64,000 nucleotides of DNA from Sulfolobales archaeon HS-7 (GCA_019704295.1 AP024596.1:64001-128000), one strand, 5' to 3'. Numbered from the stretch's first letter, positions 28,501-39,543 are shown. A program made the numbers and translations. The notes: generated by a model not told the origin, from the sequence alone.

Positions 28501-29871
28501 TTAGCTCTCAACTATAGCCTTTATCTCATCTAAGTATATGCGTTTTTTTACAATCTCGGTAATCTTTTGGATTGCCTCATAATAAGCCTCCTCTTCCTGA
28601 GTTGGAGAGTGAGTTAACCCGAAGTACTTCAACAGTTTCCCTGATGCTTCGGAGAAGAGAAATCCGTGGACGCTGATTCCTACTTTATCATCATGAAAAT
28701 CTCCGTCGTATTCTAACGTACTGTGTCCATTCCTCCTCACTATCTTTAGTATCCCTCTATTTCCAGACACTCTACCTCTCCTGATTTCGTATCCCTTAAA
28801 TGGAAGAGAATCGAAAAACCCTTCTATCTGCGAAACGATCTTGTCGTAGTAAATGTTAACTTTTCCATTAAATATTGAGAGTCCTTTCTCACTTCTAGGC
28901 AGTCCCGATTCCATTCCTAATGGATCTGAGATCTCACTGTTCATTATCTGATAACCCCCACATATTCCTAGAAGGGGATACCTCGATATTTTAGGGAAAT
29001 ACTTCTTTATCCATGCTAGCGACTCGAATACGTTTCTTGACCCTGGGAGTATTACTAGGTAGGGATCAATGATTTCCTCCTCTCTTCTCACAAACCTCAA
29101 GTAAGCGTCTGAAAATTTGAGAGCGTAAAACTCATTGAAGTTGCTCATGAATGGATATGCGATTACATCAACCTCTTTCTTTCCATTAATTGAGAAAATG
29201 TCCTCCGAATCCTCAGGAGGAATTGGTTTTTCCTCCAGTAATGGAATACTTCCAAGATACTTCATTCCCGTTTTGGTCTCTAACCATTTACATGCCGGTT
29301 CCACGAATTTCTCTTCACCTAAGTACTTATTGATGATAAACCCCTTAATCCTGGTTCTCACCTCCTCAGGCAACATGTTATACGCCCCGTAAGCTGAGGC
29401 AAACGCCCCTCCCTTGCTTATGTCCAGGACTAGGATTATCGGAAACCCGAACTCCTTTGCAATCAAGGTCCCCGATATATCCCTCTCTAAATAATTAGGT
29501 TCAGCTATACCTCCTGCGCTTTCTATTACGTTTTCACCTATTGCATTCCTAGCGCTAAACCAAATATCTGGAAGGATTGAAACGTAATCCTGATAATTAA
29601 GTACTCCAAGAGAGTTTCCATTCAAAATTACCTCTATCCCGTTACCCATGTATTTTATGAGAACGGGATTTAGCTTTCTGGTGGGTTTAATTTTATTTCC
29701 CATTGCTTGGAACGCCTGAATGAAGGCTATTTCCCCTCCGTCTTCCGTAGAGTAACTGTTGAGCGAGATGTTTTGAACCTTAAGCGGGGGTTTTCCCAGT
29801 ATTCGAACAAGGGAGGACGTTATTAACGATTTCCCTGCACCGCTCTGAGTTGATGCTACGATTACGCTCAC
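28501..29871 (-). CDS. cbiP: Cobyric acid synthase
   Basis: STQSGAGKS, KVQNISLNS, ESAGG, GFIINK, SNFNEF, LGICGGYQ glutaminase domain. Confidence 0.88.
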   Translation of the reverse strand: MSVIVASTQSGAGKSLITSSLVRILGKPPLKVQNISLNSYSTEDGGEIAFIQAFQAMGNKIKPTRKLNPVLIKYMGNGIEVILNGNSLGVLNYQDYVSILPDIWFSARNAIGENVIESAGGIAEPNYLERDISGTLIAKEFGFPIILVLDISKGGAFASAYGAYNMLPEEVRTRIKGFIINKYLGEEKFVEPACKWLETKTGMKYLGSIPLLEEKPIPPEDSEDIFSINGKKEVDVIAYPFMSNFNEFYALKFSDAYLRFVRREEEIIDPYLVILPGSRNVFESLAWIKKYFPKISRYPLLGICGGYQIMNSEISDPLGMESGLPRSEKGLSIFNGKVNIYYDKIVSQIEGFFDSLPFKGYEIRRGRVSGNRGILKIVRRNGHSTLEYDGDFHDDKVGISVHGFLFSEASGKLLKYFGLTHSPTQEEEAYYEAIQKITEIVKKRIYLDEIKAIVES

Positions 29872-29880
29872 GTTAAACCC

Positions 29881-30543
29881 TTATGATTTCAGAGTTGCAT
29901 AAAGAACTTCTACGCTTACAGTCCCTTCCTCAAGGTTATCTAGAATGTCGTCTGTAAAGAGTATAATATCCTTAAATTGAAGAAGGCTCACCACGTCTAT
30001 CTCCGACTCTATTTCGTAAAGTTTGAGGAGGAGGGTGTCCTTGATCTCGTCTCCATTTCTCTCTAACATCTGTATTTCCCGACCTAATTTTATTGCCCTC
30101 CTTATATCGTGATTAAGGCTATTTACTACATCAACCATTTTTGACGTAGCTTCAGACACTATTACTAAGTAAGCCTCCATTTGATCACCCATTGATTGAA
30201 GGCATTTTTCTGAAACTCTTCTAGTTACGTAAGCCCTAGCTGTGTCCTTTATCGCCTTTGATGTGTAGTAGAGCGACTGCGTAAGCATGACCATGGACTC
30301 CTTGAAATCTGGAAGAAACGCCTCTCCGAAAAGCAAAGACATAACGTCCTCTCTCTCCATCGCAACCCGTTCGTAGGCAGATCTTATCCTCACGGAGTTA
30401 CCTATCGAGTCGTTTTTGTCTCCATTTCTAACTCCCATATAGAGACTTCTGAGAGAACTACTCATTTCCTTTAATGAGACCGAAATAGCTAATAGCCTCT
30501 TGAAGATCTCGTCCTCTCTAGTTATTTTAAATATCCTTACCAC
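29881..30543 (-). CDS. DUF47 / PhoU-like phosphate transport regulator
   Basis: All-helical; LERNGDEIK...DDILDNLEE pattern. Confidence 0.75.
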   Translation of the reverse strand: MVRIFKITREDEIFKRLLAISVSLKEMSSSLRSLYMGVRNGDKNDSIGNSVRIRSAYERVAMEREDVMSLLFGEAFLPDFKESMVMLTQSLYYTSKAIKDTARAYVTRRVSEKCLQSMGDQMEAYLVIVSEATSKMVDVVNSLNHDIRRAIKLGREIQMLERNGDEIKDTLLLKLYEIESEIDVVSLLQFKDIILFTDDILDNLEEGTVSVEVLYATLKS

Positions 30544-30922
30544 GGAAATAACTATTTTCTCCTTAATATAAAAACCTCAAGATTGGGGAGGTTCTTACAA
30601 TTTTGTTCCATTTAAGTAAGATTGTATGTTTTTAAAATATCTTATACTGAGATAATTAACCCTCCGTCCTGATAGGAGTAAACGGGTGGTAACTCCTAGT
30701 GATGGAACCCCACACTTAAGCACGAGCTTTGCCCAGAGTTCTAGGAGATTTAGGAATACCTGACGTAAAGCAATTAGGGGTTTTCAATTCCAATCAGGTT
30801 ACCATAATAACGCCTAACGCAATTAGCGCGAAACGAAGGAAAGTTATATGTTAAGTTGAGGACATTTGAGGGCAATGCAAAGTAGTATTCAACTCTTAGA
30901 ATAGTGAACTCAAACGCGGATT

Positions 30923-31714
30923 TCAAGAATCCATCTTTACGGTATTTCTAAGGGTACCTATTCTAGAAATTTCTACCTCCACCACATCTCCATCCTTTAG
31001 GTATTTCTCTCCTGTAAATTTACCTACCCCTGACGGAGTCCCGCTGGTTATTACGTCGCCAGGAAGAAGGGTTATTACCTTCGTTAAGTCGGAGATCATC
31101 CTCTCGAAAGAGAATATCATGTCTTCAGTAGTTCCACTTTGCCGTACCTCCCCATTTACCCTGGTTTCTATCTTCAAAGGAAAGCTTATCTCATCCTTAG
31201 TTACTAGTACTGGTCCCAGTGGAAGAGCTGAATCAGCTCCTTTTCCTAAAACCCAATCTTTTCCTAGACCCTCTACGGAGTCAAACTGAAACTCCCTAAT
31301 GCTAATGTCGTTGGCTATCGTGTATCCGTAAATGCACTGAGCTGCTTCATCAACAGATACGTACTTACACTTCCTTCCTATTACCACAGCTAGTTCCCCC
31401 TCGTAGTCTAACGTCGTAACCCCCCTAGGTATAATTATACTTTCCTCATGACCTATTAACGAATTGTGAAACTTCGTGAAGAAGTACGGTTTCTTTGGAG
31501 TCTTGACGGACGTTTCCGCTGAATGAGATCTGAAGTTCACCGCAGGCAGGTAGATTTTAGATGGTGATACTGGAGGAAGGAATTTGATAGGGTTTACGAT
31601 CCTTCCAGTTGTCGTAATACCCTCGGAAAACGAGAAGGATATTTCCTCGTATTTCTCTCCTTTAACTAATACGTAGGTTTCTTGTTCCTTGGTAAAAATT
31701 CGGGCTATCCTCAT
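30923..31714 (-). CDS. Fumarylacetoacetate hydrolase family protein
   Basis: PYFFTK, DYEGELAVVIG, GYTIANDISIR, PGDVITSGTPSGVG. Confidence 0.93.
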   Translation of the reverse strand: MRIARIFTKEQETYVLVKGEKYEEISFSFSEGITTTGRIVNPIKFLPPVSPSKIYLPAVNFRSHSAETSVKTPKKPYFFTKFHNSLIGHEESIIIPRGVTTLDYEGELAVVIGRKCKYVSVDEAAQCIYGYTIANDISIREFQFDSVEGLGKDWVLGKGADSALPLGPVLVTKDEISFPLKIETRVNGEVRQSGTTEDMIFSFERMISDLTKVITLLPGDVITSGTPSGVGKFTGEKYLKDGDVVEVEISRIGTLRNTVKMDS

Positions 31715-31751
31715 ATGTTAAAGATGTTTTAAGGAGATTTATTTTCTCCAT

Positions 31752-32020
31752 TATATTTAGTCAGACCCTGAGAGTCAAGGGAGATCTTTCATGTGGCACT
31801 GCATAACACGCCTAACTATGTGGTACACTAGGAATCATATTTTAGAAGGCACTAGATGCTTCGCCTCTAACACGACAGTGGGAACATTAAGTCCAGAACG
31901 ATGCCTACATTAACAGCGTAGTGAATCGCTATCTCCATTCCTAGTGTTATGTGTTTTCCCCGCGGAAGGTTTATCATATACAAAGTAAGAACCTTGGTTT
32001 TCAAGGTCTGACGAAGTATA
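31752..32020. mobile_element. MITE family A, copy 2 (~270 bp)
   Basis: Left tatatttagtcagaccctgagagtcaagg; right ccttggttttcaaggtctgacgaagtata (reverse complement tatacttcgtcagaccttgaaaaccaagg); homologous to 1332-1482. Confidence 0.75.
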
Positions 32021-32113
32021 ACTAAAGAGACTCAAAATCGAAAGACTTTTGAGGTAAGCATTGTGTAAACAATAAGGGACAAACCTTTTAAAAGTTTAGA
32101 AGGAAGGCACTAT

Positions 32114-32476
32114 ATGGAGCAAAAATACGCATTTATAATATTTTCAGATCCAGATATAAGATCTGAGTTAGTTAAGGCGGCTCATGCATTACATTATGCT
32201 ATAAATCTGAAGAAGAAAGGTAAGGACGTTTTCCTTTATTTTGAAGGATTAGGAGAGAAGCTTCTGGTTAACGACATACCGTATATAAAACCACTCATTG
32301 ATGAGGCGATTAGGATGAACCTGATTTACGGCGTGTGTGGATATTGTGCTAGTCCTCCGCATCTTAACGTCAAAGACAAGCTCTTAGCCAAGAACTTTGA
32401 ACTAATTGGAGATGAAACCGATCACAAGGACATTTCAACCTTCCTTGATGAGGGATATAACGTAATTATAGTCTAA
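32114..32476 (+). CDS. DsrE-family protein
   Basis: HALHYA..L...G.DV.LYFEG.G; VCGYCA Cys motif. Confidence 0.7.
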   Translation: MEQKYAFIIFSDPDIRSELVKAAHALHYAINLKKKGKDVFLYFEGLGEKLLVNDIPYIKPLIDEAIRMNLIYGVCGYCASPPHLNVKDKLLAKNFELIGDETDHKDISTFLDEGYNVIIV

Positions 32477-32598
32477 TAATGAGATAGTTTTTCCTTTCCT
32501 GTAATCAGATAATCCAACAAGGAGTTTTTCAGTAAAAGTTCCACTCCTCTACTTCAAAATGTCTGACTGCGGAAAATCTATACATTTAACGCTTTCAA

Positions 32599-32715
32599 CC
32601 TAATGAGGGATTAAGGGGGCAAAAGTCATCTTCCGTGAAGGAGCAGATGGATAGCCCCTTATAGAAGGGTCTTTATACTTCAATATCAAAATTTTCTTGA
32701 CCATAGCTGTAAAGG
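32599..32715 (+). mobile_element. IS200/IS605 left-end remnant
   Basis: ttaagggggcaaaagtc...ggatagccccttatagaagggt...tcaaaattttctt aligns with 20023-20115. Confidence 0.6.
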
Positions 32716-32947
32716 CTGCTAATAAGCTTATCTAACTCTAAGTTAAGTGTGTGGAGGACCTTTCGATCTGGACTGACATCCCATATACCTCTTCGAATTC
32801 TAAAGATCAACGTATCTCCCTCTACCTCCTTTAGCATTAACCGTGTTCAAAAATGATCTTGAGAAGGAGAAGTTTGGTTCTTTTAAGGTATGAAGATATA
32901 TATTTTAAGGACGTTAACTCTTTTTTAAACTAAGTTCACTATTCAGC

Positions 32948-33631
32948 ATGAAGGCAATTTACCTTACTAAAGACGAAATTAAGAGCATAGCAGTTCTTCC
33001 TATAGGTTCTTTAGAACAGCATGGACCACACCTCCCCATGGGGACTGATACCATAAAATCCCTTTACATAGCTGAGTTAGTGGAGCGTAACTATTCAGGG
33101 GGCATAATGATATTACCGCCGATTTATTACGGCGTCTCTATTGAGCATTCTGGTTTCCCCTACTTAGGGGTTAACTATGACGTATTTATTTCGTATGTTA
33201 AGCAAGTTTTACTCTCCGCTAGAGAGAGTGGAGTAAAGTGCGTAATAGTAATTAACGGTCATGGGGGAAATGTGCCCGCATTAGATATAGTGGCTAGGGA
33301 AATCAACTTTTCACTTCGTAATTTCAGGGTAATAAATTACTACCTTAAGTCAACAATGGAAAGCGATCTTCACGCCGGAACTGAGGAGACGTCAACCATT
33401 CACGTAATCGATCAATCTCTGATCAGAGTGAATGAAATTCCTCAGAGGAGCTACGAAATTCCTAAAGGAATCTTCTCATACATAGGAGTTAGAGAGGCGT
33501 CTCCTGACGGAATTATCGTCCAAGGGAAAATACTGATTGATAGCCAATTGGCAAGAAAGGCAATTGCTCAATGGGTTAAGGATGTAGAGGAATTGGTAGA
33601 GGAGTGTGATAGGTTTTCCAAAAGCTCGTAA
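32948..33631 (+). CDS. Creatininase family protein
   Basis: LPIGSLEQHGPHLPMGTD, INGHGGN, HAGTEETS. Confidence 0.92.
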   Translation: MKAIYLTKDEIKSIAVLPIGSLEQHGPHLPMGTDTIKSLYIAELVERNYSGGIMILPPIYYGVSIEHSGFPYLGVNYDVFISYVKQVLLSARESGVKCVIVINGHGGNVPALDIVAREINFSLRNFRVINYYLKSTMESDLHAGTEETSTIHVIDQSLIRVNEIPQRSYEIPKGIFSYIGVREASPDGIIVQGKILIDSQLARKAIAQWVKDVEELVEECDRFSKSS

Positions 33632-33676
33632 AGCTTTTGAACATGAGCTTTATATCATTTCCACTTATCATCATTA

Positions 33677-36130
33677 ATGAAGTCATTGCTGATTGTCGTA
33701 ATACTTGTCATCTTGCTACTCCCCTTAGCCATTTCCCTAGAAAACACCGTAGTTTACTCTGATTCTCCCTTTCTCTCTAACTCCCTTTCCAGCTTCCGAA
33801 CTGATCTCCTAGTACAGAAGTACTTTCACAGACAGGAATACAGCGATCTATTCATTATAACTAGCGGGAATTCCTCTTATTCGAGTATATGTAACGCTTC
33901 AAAGGTTTTAAGTGGTGCAAAGGTTATTTTCCCCTCACAGGAACAATACAATTTCAGGTCATATCTCCTCACTCAAATCGAGGAAGCATTTAATGGTACA
34001 ATAAACTTCTGTCTAAAGAAGTATACTGAAATCCATGCACTTTACGTAAAGCTACTTAACGAGAAGAACTACGCGATATCGAATCTCTCATTGGATGAGA
34101 AAATACTGAACGTTACTTTCGGAGTCCCCACGGGAAAGGTGAGTTGTAAACCCCTCCTTAGCATTTACCTCAACTTGTCAAAGAGATATGGAGAAGTGAA
34201 GGGAGCTCAGATCGCAGGTAGTGAATTCTTCAATAGTACCCTTCCCCTGCACTTCTCATTCTCAAACTACACTAATCTCTCCCTTATAATGAAATTCATA
34301 CCTTATTCGTATCTTATACCATTAAATTCTCCTGCGGATTTCGCTTCGTATATTTCCTCAAGTTTAGGTACTCCGGTTAATTCAACGTTTATGCAGAACC
34401 CCGCACTTGTTTACACCTTATTTCTCTCTCGCCTGAAAGTAAATCTAAACACGAACAATCTTGTGATTGTCCAGGTACCGAGGAATGAAAGCCTGACCAA
34501 CGTAATAAAATTCATGCACTTAGTGAACGGTACAGTAACTGGGCATTTAGCGATTTACGCAGACTCAGCATACTATACGGAAAAGCAAATAGAGATAATC
34601 GATTTAACTACCGTCGTTCTCGTCGGGATTTTACTTCTCATACTAGTGAGGTCTATATTACCGATACTCGTTCTGGTGGGAACTGCGGGTTTCGGTATAG
34701 AATTAACGCTTGCCCTTCTTCGATTATTGGAGTTCGCAGGATATCAGGTTTACTACATTTCTAGCATAGTGGCAATTCCGATAGTTTTCGGGGTGACTAT
34801 TGACTATTCCCTCCTGATTCTGTACAGATATCTCGAGGGGCTTTCTAAGGGTTATAATTCCCTTAAAGAAGCTTATCAAAGAGGAAGCAAAGCGGTTCTG
34901 GTAAGCGGGGTTTCCGTAATTCTAGGCTTTACAATATTTACTCTATCTCCCTCAAGATTACTATTTAATATTGGTGTAGCCTTAGTTACTGCTGCGTTAA
35001 GCGCCTTGACATCTTCCCTTTTCATATCGAGGGCACTGCTCTCGAATATTAAGGTCGAGTGGTTGAAATTTCCCAGGAAAACGCTACCTTCGCCCGAGGA
35101 CGCGAGGGAGAAATATCTCGAAAAAGCAGCCGAGTTTTCCGTTAAGAGGAAATTCACAATTCTTGGGGTAATGATCTTGACCGGTGTGATCTGTCTCTCA
35201 GTTGTGCTTTTGACTCACACTAACGTTAGTGTAACACAAATCGTGCCCTCAGGCGCTGAGTCAATAGTTGGATTAAATCAACTCTCGAGACTCTACCCAT
35301 ACAGCACGGAACCGATTCTCATTAAGGCTAATCCTAACGTGAGCTATATTACTATTTACGATATATCGAATGAGCTGATCTCAAAGGGAATGCTAGTTTT
35401 TGGCCCCGCATCAATAGGAAATTTGACGATACCTTATCCTACGGCTCTTACTAATTATTATTACTCTCATAACTACACTCTTTTATGCGTATACATTCCC
35501 TATCCGGTTTTCTCAAAGGGGGCTATAACGATAACCGACGCACTAATAAGGAATTTCTCGATGGTAGGAGGTGCTAATGCACAAAGGGTTGACATAGTAA
35601 ATCAGACTACTAACGCTTATTTCTACTTTACGTTACCCGTAACAGTAGTGGCTGTACTAGTTTACGTTGCTTTTGTCCTAAAAACCGTCGTAATACCTCC
35701 ACGTCTAGTAGCGACCATACTTGTAAGCTCGCTCTTCGGGCTTGCAATAGCTGAAGTAATTTTTCCGACATACTGGTTAACGCCTCCTGTAGTGTTCGCT
35801 CTCATGTTCTCCCTCGGAATAGATTACGATATATTTATAGTTCTGAGGATTGCTGAGGAAGAAGGTAATGAAGAGGAGGAGAGAATAATTAATGGGGTTA
35901 AGAAGGCAGGACTAGTAATTACCGCTTCAGGACTAATTCTAGGAGGCGCTTTCCTTTCCCTATTAACCGCAAATATGATCTTCTTGAGGGAAATAGGAGT
36001 TGCAGTAGGTTCGTCAGTATTATTCGACACCTTTGTTGTAAGGACCTATTTCGTCCCCGCTATAATGTCGATATTAAAGAAGTATAACTGGTATCCTAGA
36101 GGACGTTCCCCTCAACAATCCACAAGATAA
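33677..36130 (+). CDS. MMPL/RND-family transporter
   Basis: Two repeats with FGVTIDY and FSLGIDYDIF..RI.EE; VITASG; DTFVVR. Confidence 0.88.
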   Translation: MKSLLIVVILVILLLPLAISLENTVVYSDSPFLSNSLSSFRTDLLVQKYFHRQEYSDLFIITSGNSSYSSICNASKVLSGAKVIFPSQEQYNFRSYLLTQIEEAFNGTINFCLKKYTEIHALYVKLLNEKNYAISNLSLDEKILNVTFGVPTGKVSCKPLLSIYLNLSKRYGEVKGAQIAGSEFFNSTLPLHFSFSNYTNLSLIMKFIPYSYLIPLNSPADFASYISSSLGTPVNSTFMQNPALVYTLFLSRLKVNLNTNNLVIVQVPRNESLTNVIKFMHLVNGTVTGHLAIYADSAYYTEKQIEIIDLTTVVLVGILLLILVRSILPILVLVGTAGFGIELTLALLRLLEFAGYQVYYISSIVAIPIVFGVTIDYSLLILYRYLEGLSKGYNSLKEAYQRGSKAVLVSGVSVILGFTIFTLSPSRLLFNIGVALVTAALSALTSSLFISRALLSNIKVEWLKFPRKTLPSPEDAREKYLEKAAEFSVKRKFTILGVMILTGVICLSVVLLTHTNVSVTQIVPSGAESIVGLNQLSRLYPYSTEPILIKANPNVSYITIYDISNELISKGMLVFGPASIGNLTIPYPTALTNYYYSHNYTLLCVYIPYPVFSKGAITITDALIRNFSMVGGANAQRVDIVNQTTNAYFYFTLPVTVVAVLVYVAFVLKTVVIPPRLVATILVSSLFGLAIAEVIFPTYWLTPPVVFALMFSLGIDYDIFIVLRIAEEEGNEEEERIINGVKKAGLVITASGLILGGAFLSLLTANMIFLREIGVAVGSSVLFDTFVVRTYFVPAIMSILKKYNWYPRGRSPQQSTR

Positions 36131-36160
36131 TAATAAAACCTTCCAAGGGACATTTTGCTT

Positions 36161-36676
36161 ATGAAGGTTCTTTTCATAATAGGAGAGGAATTCGAGGACA
36201 TAGAGGTGCTTTACCCCTTCTACAGGTTAATCGAAGAGGGATTTACTCCGGTCATAGCCTGGAAGCAGGCAAAGTCAAAAGTCGAGGGTAAACATGGCTA
36301 TGCTGTCACATCTGACATAGCGTTTACTGAGGTGAGGCCAGAAGAATACGCTGCACTAGTAATTCCAGGGGGAAGAGGGCCGGAGAGAATAAGGAATTTA
36401 CAGGAGGTAAAGGAGATTACCAGGAAATTCTTCGAACTTAAGAAACCCGTAGCCGCAATATGCCATGGGCCACAGGTTCTCATATCTGCTGGGACTGTAA
36501 AGGGTAGGAAACTAACGGCAGTTAGTTCGATAAAGGACGATGTCATAGCTGCTGGAGGGGAATACGTTGATGATGTTGTAGTCACCGATGAAAACTTAGT
36601 CTCATCAAGGCATCCCGGCGATCTACCTTTCTTTGCCTCTTCGTTAATAAAGCAATTGAAGTCACTCAAACAGTAA
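36161..36676 (+). CDS. PfpI/DJ-1 family protein
   Basis: FEDIE, IPGGRGPE, AAICHGP, SSRHPGDL. Confidence 0.93.
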   Translation: MKVLFIIGEEFEDIEVLYPFYRLIEEGFTPVIAWKQAKSKVEGKHGYAVTSDIAFTEVRPEEYAALVIPGGRGPERIRNLQEVKEITRKFFELKKPVAAICHGPQVLISAGTVKGRKLTAVSSIKDDVIAAGGEYVDDVVVTDENLVSSRHPGDLPFFASSLIKQLKSLKQ

Positions 36677-36724
36677 TCCCCAAAGCTCACGAAGCGTTGA
36701 ATAGTACGTATTCAAATTTGCACT

Positions 36725-37561
36725 TCAACTGGAAGCCTTTATCCCCATCCACTGGCTCAAAAACACTCCGGTTATTGCAATCGCAGAACCTATAGCTTGA
36801 ATTAAAGTGGGTAAAACTCCTAGAATGGCAGCCGTTAACAAATACGCCGTAACGGGGACTAGAAGAGATATGGCTCCAGCGTTAACAGGTCCTATATCCC
36901 TCACTGCGCCAAACCAAAAGATGTATCCGAGAACTTGTGCTGTAGCCGTTACTCCAAGTGCTAGTAGTATGGGTATTGCACCAAAGGTGAAATGGGGAGA
37001 GAAGGCAATGGTAGGTAATACAAGAATTGCGGAAATTATTGCAAGGGACGCGTTCGTCTTTATGAGGGACTCTCCTGAAAGATTCTTCCTAAAGTATACA
37101 GTTCCGAAAGCCCAAAGGATTGCAGCTGATAACGCTATAAGAACCCCCAGATTAGGCCCACTTAACCCTGCAGATATAGTTATTCCAAGAAAGGAAAGGA
37201 GGATTCCGCTAATTTGGAGTCTATTAACCTTGGTCTTGAATACCACTGCGTATATTATTAGAACGAAAATCGGTTGAGAGTAGATTAGGACAGAAGCGAA
37301 AGCTGGGTTCTCCGAGAACATGATGGCTAAATTCAAAAGTAAAACGAAAAACGCCCCATTAAGCGCGGAGTTAACGAAGTCCCTAATCGTCAGTGAAATT
37401 CCTCTTGAGTAAATTGCCAGTATTATGCCTCCTACAGCAAATCTGAAAAAAGTCAATGTAAATGGGGACATGTAAAGTAGCGCTAGCTTAGTAAGGGGGT
37501 AGGAGAGTCCCCAGCAGATCAGAACGCCAAGCATGAAAAGGTATCCGTTGCCCTGTTTCAA
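36725..37561 (-). CDS. EamA/DMT family transporter
   Basis: WG.SY, P..LTFFRF, 10 TM helices in two repeats. Confidence 0.88.
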   Translation of the reverse strand: MKQGNGYLFMLGVLICWGLSYPLTKLALLYMSPFTLTFFRFAVGGIILAIYSRGISLTIRDFVNSALNGAFFVLLLNLAIMFSENPAFASVLIYSQPIFVLIIYAVVFKTKVNRLQISGILLSFLGITISAGLSGPNLGVLIALSAAILWAFGTVYFRKNLSGESLIKTNASLAIISAILVLPTIAFSPHFTFGAIPILLALGVTATAQVLGYIFWFGAVRDIGPVNAGAISLLVPVTAYLLTAAILGVLPTLIQAIGSAIAITGVFLSQWMGIKASS

Positions 37562-37653
37562 TGCGGAGGTTATTTTTCCCTTAATGTAAATAAACCCATC
37601 TGTTGCAGGTTTTTAAGAAAAAGTCTTTAATCACTCATTCCTCCTTTCATTTG

Positions 37654-38046
37654 ATGTCACAATTCCTTAGAGGCAATTACGATCTCTTTAGATATTATAT
37701 AGTAATATTACTGATTGTTTGGGCAATTCTCCACTTCATTCTAGCGATATCTTACCTGAATTCCTCTCCTGTGCTAGGGGACTTCTTTATTTTTGACTCT
37801 CTTCTTGCCATAATAGCTGCAGTCGTGGTATACCTCGACGTCAGGCTACTTTACATTCCTGTTATAGTTTACAGCTGGATTAACTATTTGCTTTTAGCCG
37901 AGTCTAGGTACTTTCCTGCACCTGTTCTTGGATATCCTCTGAGGGTTATAGGCTCTTTTGCTGTAGCCACGTTTGCAATAGACGTTGCTTTGATCGTACT
38001 AACGTTGCTTATCTGGTTGGCCTCGAGAAGGATAGGTAATGAGTAG
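37654..38046 (+). CDS. Hypothetical 4-TM membrane protein
   Basis: Hydrophobic ORF overlapping the next gene; ATG at 37654. Confidence 0.65.
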   Translation: MSQFLRGNYDLFRYYIVILLIVWAILHFILAISYLNSSPVLGDFFIFDSLLAIIAAVVVYLDVRLLYIPVIVYSWINYLLLAESRYFPAPVLGYPLRVIGSFAVATFAIDVALIVLTLLIWLASRRIGNE

Positions 38047-39067
38047 GAAACTTCTCCTTCTAACTTTCGCACTGGTTTCGGTTGCACCCCTAACATACGT
38101 AGGAACTGTGACAGGTTTCACGAATGGGCTGTTAGGAGGTCTCCTTTCGCTATCTTACTTTGTAGTGATTTACGTTCTCTTTACCAAGAAGGGATGGAAA
38201 AGTACGGGTTTCTATGGTTACCTTGAGCAAAATAAATTCCTCGCAACTCTTCAGACGTTATCTTGGATCGGAAGTTATTCGTTATATGTTATCTATACGC
38301 CTTATTATATTTCCCTATACGTTCTTGGCTTATCGGGTATGTCGGCTATATTACTCTCCGTGATACTGTATTTCGTATCAGCAGTAATAGTGAAGTCGAA
38401 ATACGCTTACTACTCCTTAATTCCGATAGCTGTAGTTAATGTAATAGGTCTAATTTTTCCTAGAATTTCCTTTTCCACCTCATTACCCACAGTTAACGGG
38501 CTGTTGTCTGCTTCCCTTATACCTGTTTGCATAAACCTGCTACTCTATAACAAAGGGGATAAGACAGACTCATGGGTAGTTCTCCCAGCATTCGTGCTAT
38601 CCTTTATAGGGATAATTATCGCTTCACTATCCCACTATACAGCTCCCGCCTTCTCCTATCTTTTGGGAATATCAAACTTAGGACTCATATTGGCGGAGTT
38701 CATAGCCTTACGCAATCTCATCAGTGGAATTACAGTGAAAGGAGATACATTTTTCAACGTGCTTATCCTTATCGGAGGAGTGGTAACTTTAATTGGTTCG
38801 ATTAATCCCTACGCTTTTTATCAGCTGACTATTGTTCCCTCCCTAACATTACTCTACTTCTCGTTAATTCTGGGTTTCGGATTTCTTGGAACTTTTCGTA
38901 GGGTTTTCCTGTTATCTTTTATACCTGCATTTCTCTTCGGTTACGGTCTGTACTCCGTTATTTCAACGGCATCCGGCATACTTCTGTATGAGAGCCTCTT
39001 CTCAATGCTCATAATTTCAGGCTTATCTGTTTCACTATATCTTATGCAGTCCAAGATGACGGATTAG
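38039..39067 (+). CDS. Hypothetical polytopic membrane protein (permease-like)
   Basis: 342 aa, about 11-12 hydrophobic segments. Confidence 0.7.
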   Translation: MSRKLLLLTFALVSVAPLTYVGTVTGFTNGLLGGLLSLSYFVVIYVLFTKKGWKSTGFYGYLEQNKFLATLQTLSWIGSYSLYVIYTPYYISLYVLGLSGMSAILLSVILYFVSAVIVKSKYAYYSLIPIAVVNVIGLIFPRISFSTSLPTVNGLLSASLIPVCINLLLYNKGDKTDSWVVLPAFVLSFIGIIIASLSHYTAPAFSYLLGISNLGLILAEFIALRNLISGITVKGDTFFNVLILIGGVVTLIGSINPYAFYQLTIVPSLTLLYFSLILGFGFLGTFRRVFLLSFIPAFLFGYGLYSVISTASGILLYESLFSMLIISGLSVSLYLMQSKMTD

Positions 39068-39347
39068 CTGCCTTTTCCCTTTTCTTATGTCTATTCTTTG
39101 AATCTATTGCTTCAAGAATGAGCCATAGTTCTGACGCGTCGCGTGTCTTCAGAATCTCCCATATCCTCTTAGCCGTCTTATTAAACCCTATCGGGATCAG
39201 GCCGTGGCTGGTAATGAACTTAATCTCGCAAATCTTACCGTATAGGTAAGCTAATTCCACGCTCTTAGGATTACCGTTAAAGATCTCCATCAGTAAATCC
39301 CGCCCTATCACATCTGCTCGTACGAAAATTTCCTTGTGTGTCCTCAT
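39042..39347 (-). CDS. Hypothetical protein
   Basis: 101-aa ORF; ATG has a TATA-like cttataag about 25-30 nt upstream (leaderless arrangement). Confidence 0.45.
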   Translation of the reverse strand: MRTHKEIFVRADVIGRDLLMEIFNGNPKSVELAYLYGKICEIKFITSHGLIPIGFNKTAKRIWEILKTRDASELWLILEAIDSKNRHKKREKAANPSSWTA

Positions 39348-39543
39348 GTTTAATATAATTGATTAAAATTCCTTATAAGGCGGAGTACGAAGTGTTTTAA
39401 TAGATTTGCCTACTACTCATCTTACCTAGTTATGTTATATAAAGTGAGTGCCTCAGTATTTCCCTGAGGTCCTCTGTTTGATATCTCTAAGTATCTCCTT
39501 TTGGCTCTCCATCAAGTCAATCTCCATAATGTTGTAGATTTTA

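Noticed and set aside
30655-30720. Possible tnpB right-end relic (gataggagtaaacgggtggtaactcc)
   Set aside because: Similarity is too short and degenerate to call without a search.
39453-39527. 24-codon minus-strand ORF MEIDLMESQKEILRDIKQRTSGKY next to MITE-B
   Set aside because: Could be a gene tail cut by the insertion, but too short to support.
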